From Octopus sinensis (Eukaryota): 64,000 bases of DNA. The stretch is taken from contig NC_043015.1 in NCBI RefSeq assembly GCF_006345805.1, positions 32,798,001 through 32,862,000 of the forward strand. Reading direction: 5' to 3'. Position numbers and translations under genes: made by a program. Positions 52,823 through 64,000 of this stretch are shown in pieces; within the stretch, counting starts at the first letter, position 1; every line of letters starts with the position of its first letter. The notes beneath the pieces are model-generated. The model saw only the letters and a list, made by a program, of their open reading frames with translations, searched no databases and had not been told where the DNA came from.

Positions 52823-54728
52823 TACATAGGCATATATACGTATATATCAAATATATTAAAAGAATTTAATATTTTAAACACAGCTGACATAAAGAATGGC
52901 TGTAAAAGACAATTCATTGTCCTATTTTGTTTTGCATTAAAAAAAAAAGTAACAATATTCCAAACTTAATGAAACTTTTAGCATTTATCCGGATAATGTT
53001 TGTTATTTCTCTGTTGGAATATAATTCTACGTCCTGCATCAACTTGTCCTGTGGTTTATATTAAAAACAAACAAACAACAAGATAAAAAAACAATGGATT
53101 ACGCAGGTGCTATATTAATGACAAAAACAACAACGACCAACTCCCCGACCCACCAAATCTCCAAGCTTCCAAAGATTTGTTGCCAATATTTTTTACACAA
53201 TAATTAATGTCCGTTATTGAAATACTGTTAATTTCACTTCTATGCCATTCTTTTCCTTAAATTTTTTTTTTCCTTTGATTATTTTTCTTTCTTAATTACA
53301 TTTCAAATGTCATTCCGTCTAGTGTCAAAAGAAAGTTTTTAAAGAGAAAAACATAATTATTTAGAGAACCGAGTTTGCTTTCACCTGAGCAGGTAAAATA
53401 TAAAATTTTATTCTACCGTTTCAGGTTGATCACCCTAATCAAGGAAGACTGGGGTTTTCTTCTTCGAAATATCAAAATTTTATCTGTAGTCTTTTTTTTA
53501 TCTGTTTTATTTATTTATTTATTTATTTATTTAGCTTTTTAAAGTAACTCATTGGATTGCAGAGATGCTGGGGGATAGCCTTGAAGGGTTTAGGGGATCA
53601 ACTCAACCCCAGTACTTATTTTTTTAACACCTGGTATTTATTTTGTCAGTCCCTTTTGCCGAACCGATAATTTGTTGGGTAGGGGGACATTACAAACACA
53701 CACACACACACTTGTGTATATATAAATATGTATGTGTGTGTGTGTGTCTGTGTGTGTCTGTGTTTGTGTGCGTGTGTGTATGTATATATATATATATATA
53801 TATATATTTGACAAAATGAGTAGAGATGGCTTTGGTGGGCGGAATATTTTTTTTAAATCTTAATAATTATGTTTTACAATGGGTTACTTCAGTTACTCAA
53901 ACTGAAAAATGTATGTTTTACTGGTTGCTTAAATAGCAAAATATTTTTTCTTACAAGTATACATACAAAAAAAAAGATATACACTTAAAAGGGGAAAATA
54001 TATATTTAAAATATTTTTAAAATATATATAAAAATACATGTGTAAAGAAGAAGAAGAACAACAAGAACGAGATGAAGGAAGAAAGAAAGTGAAGAAGAAG
54101 AAGACACTCGGTTAACGTAACAGAACCTGGAAGCATGTGGTTGAGAAACAAACGTCTTACCACGCACCGACATTGTTTAATTGTTTACGTATCACACGAA
54201 CTTATAATTCTTTGGAAATAAATTGATGCTTGATGACAAACACTAGCTTCTGAAATGCATTTTTTCTTACATCACTTGGCTTATACCGTTAGAGTGAAGG
54301 AATATAAGAAGTATCAACATATGTATTTGTAGAGATAGATGTTTTCAAGAAACAACTTGTCCTCCCCCTATCCAAGGTCACAGATAAACCTATATTACGG
54401 CAGGAAACTCAAAAGAGGACTGCAGTGCTGAAATTCCGCCCCCTGGCTGAAGATAAATTCTAATACCTTAATGTTCTTAACATTCAAATCAACATCTCTG
54501 TCTGTATATCTACCCTCTTTATAATGTTATCAATTAACATGAAAATAAATATATGTATTGATGGAAAACCTCTATAAATGGCTGATGATTGCTCAATATT
54601 TTAAAACTGTTGTAATACTTACAATGTTTAATAAAATGATGTAGCGTGAAACGATCGTACCAATTTTACCGAAGATATTCTTGTTGCTTATTTTGAGTAT
54701 ATAGATATGTATGTATGTATGTAGTATG

Positions 54729-54759
<31 letters not shown>

Positions 54760-55249
54760 GAACTTATTTCTTCCATATCCTTTAAAATGTTTTAGCCCGA
54801 AGGCCGCGGCCATGCTGGGGCACAAAAATCACAGCTGAAATAACGGAATCAATTCGAAAGAAGTGTGATGAGCATTTTTGATCAACGAGAGTACAAGAGT
54901 TTCACACCACAAACGAACTCAATAAATGAAATAATTAAAGATTTAAAGAAGCATTACTTTCCAATACAGGATATAATGGAATCTTGGATTTCATACTTAA
55001 TCTATCACCCGATTCCTGGCTCTGAGGGTTTTTATTTTAGAGCAATCTACTCTGTCCCATTCTGCTGCAAGCATTCTGTCTAGCTTGACAGTAATTAAAC
55101 ATTTTCCTGCAATGCCTCCTCCCGCATCAGTCCATGAGCATAGATTTTGTCTTTCTCATATCAATCTCAAAAGTCAGATACGAATCCTAGAAGCGTTGTT
55201 TATCCTCAGCTGATTAAGAAGTAGTGAATTCCCTGAGCCATTAGGGCAT

Positions 55250-55660
55250 CAAGCAGAATGCTTTTCTGTATTTATTCCGACACTCTGCACTCAGTCACAA
55301 GCTCAGCTTTGCAATTTCATTATTTCGTGGCCGATAAATAATGTACCTGAGTTTTCTATTGCACATGGAGTTGGCTATGTTAGACCACGGTGACAGCAAA
55401 AGGCTGGACGGAATTACAGGTTACATGCTCCGAAGAATCATATCTCTCTTATGAGATGTAACGCAGAGGTAATCTGGTAAATTCGACGCCAGAACTACGC
55501 TTCATAGCCCAAGAGACGGGAAATAGCAAACTGATAAAGCACCGGCTATCTCTTGTAGGTTTCTTTGCAAAACTATACCAAATGAAACGTCCGGCGTCGT
55601 GGACTACCACGCCCTTCAGTTTGGTTGGAGTAAAGGTTGTCATATAGAGAAATGAGCCCT
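55250..55660 (+). mobile_element. Highly decayed RTE-like LINE 3' coding remnant
   Basis: KRLDG..YMLRRI and KHRLSLVG remnants resemble the RTE ...KRLDG.YTRMLR...RRLQFAGH region; many stops. Confidence 0.4.
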
Positions 55661-56138
55661 GCGAAGTGGAATGGTGAGTGGAATGCTTCTTTCAGGGCAA
55701 TCATCTGCGTTATTCTCCGGGATAACGCAGTCACCATTTTCTCTTTTAGATTGAAGTTTTAAATGAAAATAAATCTTGATGTCAAATTTTGGGTCAAGGC
55801 TACAATTTCGGGGGAAAGGATAAGTCTATTACTTTGACTCCAGTGCTCAACTGGTGCCTGTTTTATTAACCCCCTGAGACTGACGACATCTTGATTGCGA
55901 ATTAAAATCAAAACTTCTTTAGGAAAGACATCAGTAGGACAACTTTTCCCAATTCTACTTTCCCTACATATTATAAAGACTTACTTATGTAAAAACAAAT
56001 ATATATATATATTATATATATATATATATATATAATAGATATATAGGCCTATGTATATATAAGGGATATATATGTGCGTGTATGTGTGTGTGTATGTATG
56101 TATGTATGTATGTATGTATGTATGTATGTATGTATAAA

Positions 56139-56320
56139 CGCGTGTGTATCGTTGGCGATTTTCTTCCTCCGTCTTCCCTTCCTTTGCACTTTCCTCTATT
56201 TCTGAAGAAGAGCAAGGCTCGAAACGTTAAATCCTCTTTCCTTCATTTCATGAGTGTCTTGTACCACGTCCTCACGTTATTGTCTTTTCTTGTTTGTTCT
56301 TCTTTTATTTGGATTCACTA
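56139..56320 (+). mobile_element. Hammerhead-carrying ~180 bp repeat
   Basis: Reverse-orientation homologue of 27348-27545, flanked by (TATG)n and (TCTG)n. Confidence 0.6.
56198..56232 (+). ncRNA. Minimal type I hammerhead ribozyme motif, core intact
   Basis: ATTT-CTGAAGA-A-GAGC(AAG)GCTC-GAAA-CG-T-T-AAAT. Stem I is ATTT/AAAT, core CUGANGA, stem II GAGC/GCTC, then GAAA and a GUH triplet (GUU). Stem III is reduced to the palindrome ACGT. Confidence 0.75.
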
Positions 56321-56355
<35 letters not shown>

Positions 56356-57022
56356 ATATATGTATGCATGTATGAATGCAAGTATGTATATATATATATA
56401 TACATAGATTAGGAGTGACCGGAAGCAAAAAACACAGAAGATTGAATATCAATATCAAGCACATCGACCAAGCCAAAATGGTAAGAGTCTGAAATACCTA
56501 TGGTCAGAACCCCAGACAGGATGGTAAACAAATTACAAAATTCAATAACGATACCTTTTCCATGAGAATCGTCATCATCATCATCATCATCATCACCTTA
56601 AAATCCACATCCCTGTTACCATCACTACAACTAGTCCTACACTAACTACTATTCCCTCCGCCATTGGCAGCGCCACAACCGTAGCTAACACTTCTGCCGT
56701 CATAAATAACCACCACTGTTATCAGAAACACTAACATCGCCACAAATACGAACACCATCGGCACCACCCACACCACTACTAACAACAACAACAACAACAA
56801 CAACAACGCTAATAACATCCGATAGCATTATAAAACATACAATATAATCAAGAAATAACAGAAAATAAAGTAACAAGAATGCAGCAAAAGCGATGCAGTA
56901 ATGCCACGCCGTTTTGTTTGCTATTTCTTTCGCTGCAGATCGCCAAGTTGGAAATTACAAATAGAAAAACAACGGGAATAAAAATAACAACGAATGGAGG
57001 ATATAAAGTCAACAACTAGTCA

Positions 57023-57108
<86 letters not shown>

Positions 57109-59223
57109 GTATGTATACGAGAGTATACATATATACACACACACATATACATGTGTATATATATGTATGTATATATGTACATATATGTACATATATATAT
57201 ATATATGTGTGTATCAATGTATGTATATATATATATATATACATATATATTGTGTGTGTGTATGTATTAGCAAAATAACACGAAAATATACGAGGAAAAC
57301 ACATAAAACAATCAAACGATATCAAATAGGAAAAGCAACAAGCAAACACAGAGAACATCGCTTTAATATGAATAAAATCCGCCATTTTTTTTTTCTCATC
57401 ACACAAGTTAAATCTCGGTATAGCTGCCAGCTAACCACCTGCTTCATTCCGTGTAAACAGAACTCTCGCTTGATGTTGCTTGTTTGCTGACATCATAGCA
57501 CACACACACACACATACGCACGCACACACACGCACACGCACACATACACGCACAGACGCACACACGCATGCATGCACGCACGCACGCACACACAAACACA
57601 GACAAACAGACAAACACATATAAGTGCACATTCAGATAAGCAAACTCATACGCATAATCAGACATATGGTCGTACGCACGTACAGACACATGCGTATCGT
57701 GTTAGCACACACCTACATGCACACATACATACATACATACATACATACATACATACATACATACATACATACATACATACATACATACACGATACACGTG
57801 TACACGTATATGGACACATATTTGCGTAAGTAAACTTATAAACACACTTGTTTATATAATATATATATGTATATATAACTATACACACATACATAAACGC
57901 ACACGCAGACACACACACACACATATATATATACATATATATATATACGTATATGCATAATTGTACGTTAGCATGGTAAGTATATATATGTATATATACG
58001 TACATGCATACATATATATATACAGACACAGACACATACACAAACACACAGACACACACACACATACAACACACGTACGCACACAATCATGCACACGCAC
58101 GCATAACATAGACGCATATAACACACATATGCGCAGACTAATACAAATACTCATAGAGGTACACAAGATCAAAAACTGAGGAGCACGCTCAGAAGATGAA
58201 ATATACGCACATGCACAATAAGCACACACATACATACACAACAGAGACTTGTGGCCAAATACACATGCAGATTTGTGTTTGTGTGTACAAGCATGTGTAA
58301 ATATATGTGTATGTATATGTAAGTTTCTGTGAATTTCTTATACGTATATATGTATGTATACATTATTATATAAAATTTGTGTATATACTAAATATGTGCG
58401 TGTGTGTGTGTGCGTACACAAACATACATATATGTGGATGCTAGCATACACAAATGGTACAATTTGTAAATAAAACGAGACGATAGTACTCAATACATTG
58501 TGCTGAGTATAATTAGTTAAATTAACTGAATATCTTCGTGTTCTGCAGTCAGCTGAAAGAGGCGTAGAAGTGTCGTGTTATGCCCAAATTAACTGGTCTG
58601 TGCCTATACACACGCACACACACACACACACATACACATATATATGTTATATATGTTATATATATATATATTATATATATATATATATATATATGCATAT
58701 GTAAAAAAACACAACTGGGACAAGAACGCAAAACATTTAGAAGACGATACAAAAAACACGGACGGGACACTCGACGCCTTCAATCTTCGCATATATATGA
58801 GAGGCCATTTTATCACTCTGAAAGAAAACAGCATTTTATGCTAAGCTTTTCTTACCCCAACAAATCAAAGAAATGTTAGCTATTTTTCGTTTATATATCT
58901 CTGTAGAATAGCAGGAATATTTTAGGTGTGTTGCTAAGATATTAACAACCAAAATTAACATTCCGTTACATAACCAATACTCAGTAAGACAGAAAAATCA
59001 GAGACAATACCATCAAATTTATACATGTTTTCTCGGCCGTTAAGAATATACATATAAGTAAGCCTCGGCGGTGTTTGAACTCAGAACCGAAAAGAAAGGA
59101 AAACGTTATCTCTAAACACCGTATTCTCTTGTTATTCCCCAGCTGGTAATGTTCGAATTAATAAAGAACTCATTCTATCTATTCTGTAGGATTGGTTTTT
59201 ATTTGATATTTTATTTTCATTTA

Positions 59224-59625
59224 AGGATGGCGGTGAGTTGGCAGAATTGTTAGCACGCCGGGCAAAATGCTTAGCAGTATTTCGTCCGTGCCTATGTTCT
59301 GAGTTCAAATTCCGCCGAGGTAGACTTTGCCTTTCATACTTTCGGGGTCGATAAATGAAGTACCAGTTACGCACTGGGATCGATGTAATCGACTTAATCC
59401 GTTTGTCTGTCCTTGTTTGTCCTCTCTGTGTTTAGCCCCTTGTGGGTAGTAAAGAAATAGGTATTTCGTCCGTCTATACGTTCTGAGTTCAATTTCCGCT
59501 GAAGTCGACTTTGCCTTTCATCCTTTCAAGGTCGAAAAAATAAGTACCAGTCAAATACTGGGGTTGATGATCAACTAGCCCGCTCCCCACAAATTGCAGA
59601 CATTGTGCCTATAACGGAAAGGATT
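59224..59625 (+). mobile_element. Dimeric SINE family A with 60-bp linker (59401-59460)
   Basis: Same monomer-linker-headless monomer layout as 2110-2510. Another diverged family A copy follows at about 59635-59850. Confidence 0.8.
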
Positions 59626-60979
59626 GTTGCTTAGGAAAAGCGGTTGGTTGGTAGCGAAGTTTGACAGCATCAGACAAAATGCTTTGCGGTAGCTGTTCAA
59701 GCTCTTTACATTCTGAAATTGAACCTGGCTGAGGTCATCATTGCTTTTCATTCCCCTAACGTCGATAAAATGAAGTACCGGTTGACTATTGGGGACCAAT
59801 GTAACTGATTAAATCCCTTCCCTCAAAACTGCTGGTCTTGCACCTTAATTAGGAGTAATTATTACTTATAAATGTCTTGCATCGAGTAGAAACAATGGGA
59901 TGTGTAGGAGCCAGCTGGCTGGCTGTTTGGTTGGTGAGAGATTAAGACTCATAAATCTCTCACCACTCTATCGCCGTCATTACACCATTAAGCATCCTAG
60001 AAGCACCACCACCACCACCACCACCACTACCACCACCACCGCTACTGCTGCTGCTGCTGTTGCTACTACTACCACTACTATTACTACTACTACCACCATC
60101 ACCACCATCATCACTACCGCACCCTCAATACTTCCACTACGACTACTATCTTCACTACCATCACCACCACCACCACCACCACCACCACCACCACCACCAC
60201 CACCACCCTATCACTCTGATCTCAGCCAAGCACCTTTATAAAGGTTGCCTGTGATGGCGGTGAAGATCATAAATTATTTCTAATTCATTGACACCTACAT
60301 CTGTCCGTGTGTTTGTGCGGTTATGTGTATGGGTACGCTGTGTCTGTGTGTGCACGTGAGTGTATTTGCGCGCGCGTGTCTGTGTGTGTGAGAGAAAGAA
60401 AGAGATAGAGATATATATATATAGAGAGAGAGAAAGAGAGAGGGGGAACTGTATTTGTTGTTGTTCAACTTAATCCCGTGTTTAACACGTCTCGTCCGTA
60501 TAAAGACTTCACTCGATATACAAATCCCTTTCATATACCCGAGGTATTTGCAATTGTCTGTAAAGCGGGTTGATGGTGGTGGTGGTGGTGGTGGTGATGG
60601 TGGTGTAGCAGTGGTAATGGGGGTGGCTCTAGTGTGAGAGTGTGGAGTTGTGGTTGGGGGGGTCGAGACGGGGGTTATTACTACTTAATGTGTGTATTTA
60701 CTTAATGGACAGGGTCAAGTAGATAAACATATTAAGTCAAATAGGAAGTAATCCACCACCACTACTGCCGCCACCACAACCACCACTACCACCACCACCA
60801 CCACCATCACCACTACTACTACAACTACTACCACTACTACCACCACCACCACTACTACTACAACTACTACCACTACTACCACTACCACCACCATCACCAC
60901 TACTACTACCAATACCATTACCACCACCACCACCACCAACGTTACTACTATCACCAACACCAACACCAACACCATCAAA

Positions 60980-61030
<51 letters not shown>

Positions 61031-61499
61031 GTTGCTGCTACTGCTGCCACTACTGCTGCTGTTGCGGCTGCTCTTGCTCAGTGCACCAACTAGGGAACTT
61101 CTGTGGGATCGCTCAACCTTCTAGAAATAGCTGCTAAATCCCTTTCAAGTACAGCCAGCTGCCTTGAAAGGTAACATATAAAATGAAAGGACATGCTTGG
61201 ATAATGCCCGGCCAAAAAGGTGGGGTGGCCATCATAAGTTAGCATGATCAGGGAGGATCTGAGGTGAGAAAACAACAACAACAACAATAGTAACTGCAAT
61301 GACAACTAAACACTACGACAGCAACAGTTGCAATAGCTATAATAACAACTACAACAAAACTACAGCAATTGCGGTAACTACGGCAGCATGAACTATGATA
61401 AAAAAAAAGGTAAATTTAACAATGATTCCGGGGTCCCGCATGGAAGCATTACTCGAAACTGAGAGCGGGTTCATAGAATAATCCCATGAGAAAGCCCAT

Positions 61500-61657
61500 C
61501 AAGAACATTGGCAGCCAGTGCTCAGTAGGCACTTATTTTTTTCGACCACGAAGGGGATGAAAGGCCAAGTCGAATTTGAACTCTGAACGTAAAGACGAAT
61601 GAAATGCTGCTAAGCATTTTGACCAGCATGCTAATGATTCTGCCAGCTCACCGCCTT
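61500..61657 (-). mobile_element. SINE family A, deleted
   Basis: AAAGTCGAATTTGAACTCTGAACGTAAAGAC...GCTAATGATTCTGCCAGCTCACCGCC. Confidence 0.7.
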
Positions 61658-62199
61658 AGAGCCCTAATCTACACTGATGCTCCATTGATAGCATTATACG
61701 TGTGTAGGAGTTTAACGTGGCTGTTATTCGAATCTCAACTTTGTATGAAGATTATGTCACGTATTGAGCACACACGCATCTCGGACGCATATACCTGGGT
61801 TCATTCCTCAACTAATAATATTGATTGTTAAACGGCCCGTCGGGAGAGCCATTCCCTTTTTTCCCCCACCCCGCATGTTAATAGTAAAGAAAGAATGCAT
61901 TTACAGTTTTATTCAACCCATAGTTAGGTTTTATGATATTTAATTTTATATCAATCCGATTTACGCTTGTGTTGTGCATACATAGATACTGTTTAGTTAA
62001 CGAAGGTACAAATATGCAAATTAAGCTATCCATTACGATGTAAGCTTAAGTCCTGATTGGTTTATATGGCGACTGATCTGTACTACAGATTGCAAAACGA
62101 AGCTAGATAGGTTTCCCGAGAAGAGCAGTGATATGCGGTCTGTCACTTATTACATTTTCATTCAATACAATAAATCAATAAATATATTCTTCAGCTTCT

Positions 62200-62560
62200 C
62201 TGATCGTTAGTAAATGGTCGTTAGTAAAATTGGAAAATTTGAAGGCAAAACTAACAAGCGTCATCCAACCAAAGTACAAATATATGGGAAACTACCACCT
62301 GTATCATCTCTTGTGAAAGGTAGAAGAGTCCAGTTTGCTGGACATTGTTGTAGAGCTGAAAATGAGGCAATTTTTCTACTCTTCTTCTCTGGAAGTCATC
62401 TGCTCGCGATACCAGAGGGGGCACACTCTCCTACCCTGATGTAATCTCCAGGGATACAGGCATCCAGCAACAGGACCTCCGTAGTGCTATGATGGACCGT
62501 GAAGTCTGGCATAACATAGTAAATTCCATTGCCTCGGCCACGGTCGAACAATGATGATGA
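62200..62560 (+). mobile_element. RTE-like LINE 3' end
   Basis: IYGKLPPVSSLVKGRRVQFAGHCCRAENE..., then a frameshifted C-terminus ending in a short (TGA)n tail. Confidence 0.75.
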
Positions 62561-62569
62561 ACAAGCATT

Positions 62570-62748
62570 AATTAACTGTGTGATTGGTGGTTTCTGATTC
62601 GTTGCTTCTGTCATCGAACTGTTTGAACAGTTGTGAGTGTTAATATGACATCATGCCTTGTGACGCTTATTGTTTACCTCAAGTGGATCTTGTAAAAATA
62701 TAAATTGGCATTTCACGATTTTTCCGATTTTTTAGCGACCACCCTGTA
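62570..62748 (-). mobile_element. Tc1/mariner-like terminal fragment
   Basis: Reverse complement begins TACAGGGTGGTCGCTAAAAAATCGG, a typical Tc1/mariner TA-CAGGGTG end. No partner TIR was found. Confidence 0.4.
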
Positions 62749-62961
62749 TATATGAATCACACAGCGGTGTCAACTAATAAATACTGGACTCCATTAGTAC
62801 TAAGCTCTCACTTTTTATTCACTTCCATGTAATCTCCTTACACCTCTACCGGTAATCTGTGATTTTAAAAAACGAGTAGCTCACATCTATTATACGAATG
62901 TGTATGTATATGTGAGCATTACTCAGTGTTTGTGTGTGCCCGTTATACTGTATGTGTGTGT

Positions 62962-62994
<33 letters not shown>

Positions 62995-63352
62995 GCTGAC
63001 ATTTGTCCTGAGACGTGCTTGCTTTCTTGATGTAAATGGTGGGAAAGAAAATAAAAGCGATGTATATAACACGGCGAGTCGTATCAGTTTGTCTTTAAAC
63101 AAAACGATTGCGAGAGATTGATCGCTGGACTAGCGAACAGACAGACGTGACAGCTACTTTATAAACTACAACAACAACAACAGCTACATCAGCATGAACA
63201 TCAACAACAACAACAACAACAACTATAACAATTACAATGAAGTGCAGAATATTCATCAATCAGAGATGCAACGAATTTCATGATGGATGTTAAAGCACAA
63301 TACCGAATAGACGTCTATACGTATGCGTACGTCGTATTCATGCACACACAAA

Positions 63353-63389
<37 letters not shown>

Positions 63390-63623
63390 CACACACACAC
63401 ACACACACACACAGGTATATATCGTTTAATTTCAGTCATGAGTTTCTAATGTAATTTAAGATAACGTAAGTTTCTTCTCTTCTTACATATAGACATTATT
63501 TATAAAACTGCGTGGCTGCCGGACAGCACCCGACCCCCTCATATTTACTGGATCTGTGTGAGAAAATAGAAAAAAAAAAGCGAGGGTAGGTGTGAGGTAA
63601 ATATACGTGATTGTGTAGCAGCG

Positions 63624-63660
<37 letters not shown>

Positions 63661-63843
63661 CGCAAGATGGGAAAATGAAAACTAACGAACAAATATGGCG
63701 CTGGAGTAGGGATGTGAATTATTAAATAAGCACAAATGATTGGAGAAAATAATAATAATAATAATAATAATAAAATAATAATAATAATAAAATAATAATA
63801 ATAATAATAATAAATAATAATAATAATGATAATAATAATGATG

Positions 63844-63882
<39 letters not shown>

Positions 63883-64000
63883 TAATAATAATAATAATAA
63901 TAATAATGATAATAATAATAATAATAATGATAATAATAATGATGATAATAATAATCCTTTCTACTAAAGGCACAAGCCTGAAATTCGGAGGAGGGGGGAT

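Noticed and set aside
53379-53398. Palindrome TTTCACCTGAGCAGGTAAAA (paired E-box-like half sites)
   Set aside because: Short, single occurrence, and compatible with chance.
53-63973. Most entries in the ORF track (IYIY, CVCV, HTHT and poly-I/N/H/V/L peptides)
   Set aside because: They are translations of di-, tri- and tetranucleotide microsatellites, which lack stops in several frames; no coding evidence.

Overview
AT-rich eukaryotic non-coding DNA with a very high microsatellite density. From memory, its SINE and LINE families look like those of an Octopus-type coleoid cephalopod; that assignment is inference, not a database result. Almost all ORF-track entries are translations of (TA)n, (CA)n, (TACA)n or trinucleotide repeats. 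The only recognisable protein remnants come from transposons: R4/Dong-like, L1/Tx1-like and RTE-like LINE fragments and mariner transposase pieces. No host-gene exon, rRNA, true tRNA or CRISPR array can be supported. The window also holds several tRNA-derived SINE families, two canonical non-autonomous Helitrons, a TA-flanked MITE and two local tandem duplications. The most interesting signal is a family of ~120-200 bp elements, embedded in microsatellites, that carry a minimal type I hammerhead ribozyme motif. It has an extra A after A9 and a palindromic ACGT in place of a closed stem III. One copy has an intact core (56198-56232), and three copies show compensatory changes in stem I. Secondary signals are a dimeric SINE whose linker resembles the Tx1 LINE 3' tail, (AAT)n-targeted R4/Dong insertions, and CTCF-like motifs. 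TE boundaries are read by eye and are approximate unless exact termini are quoted.
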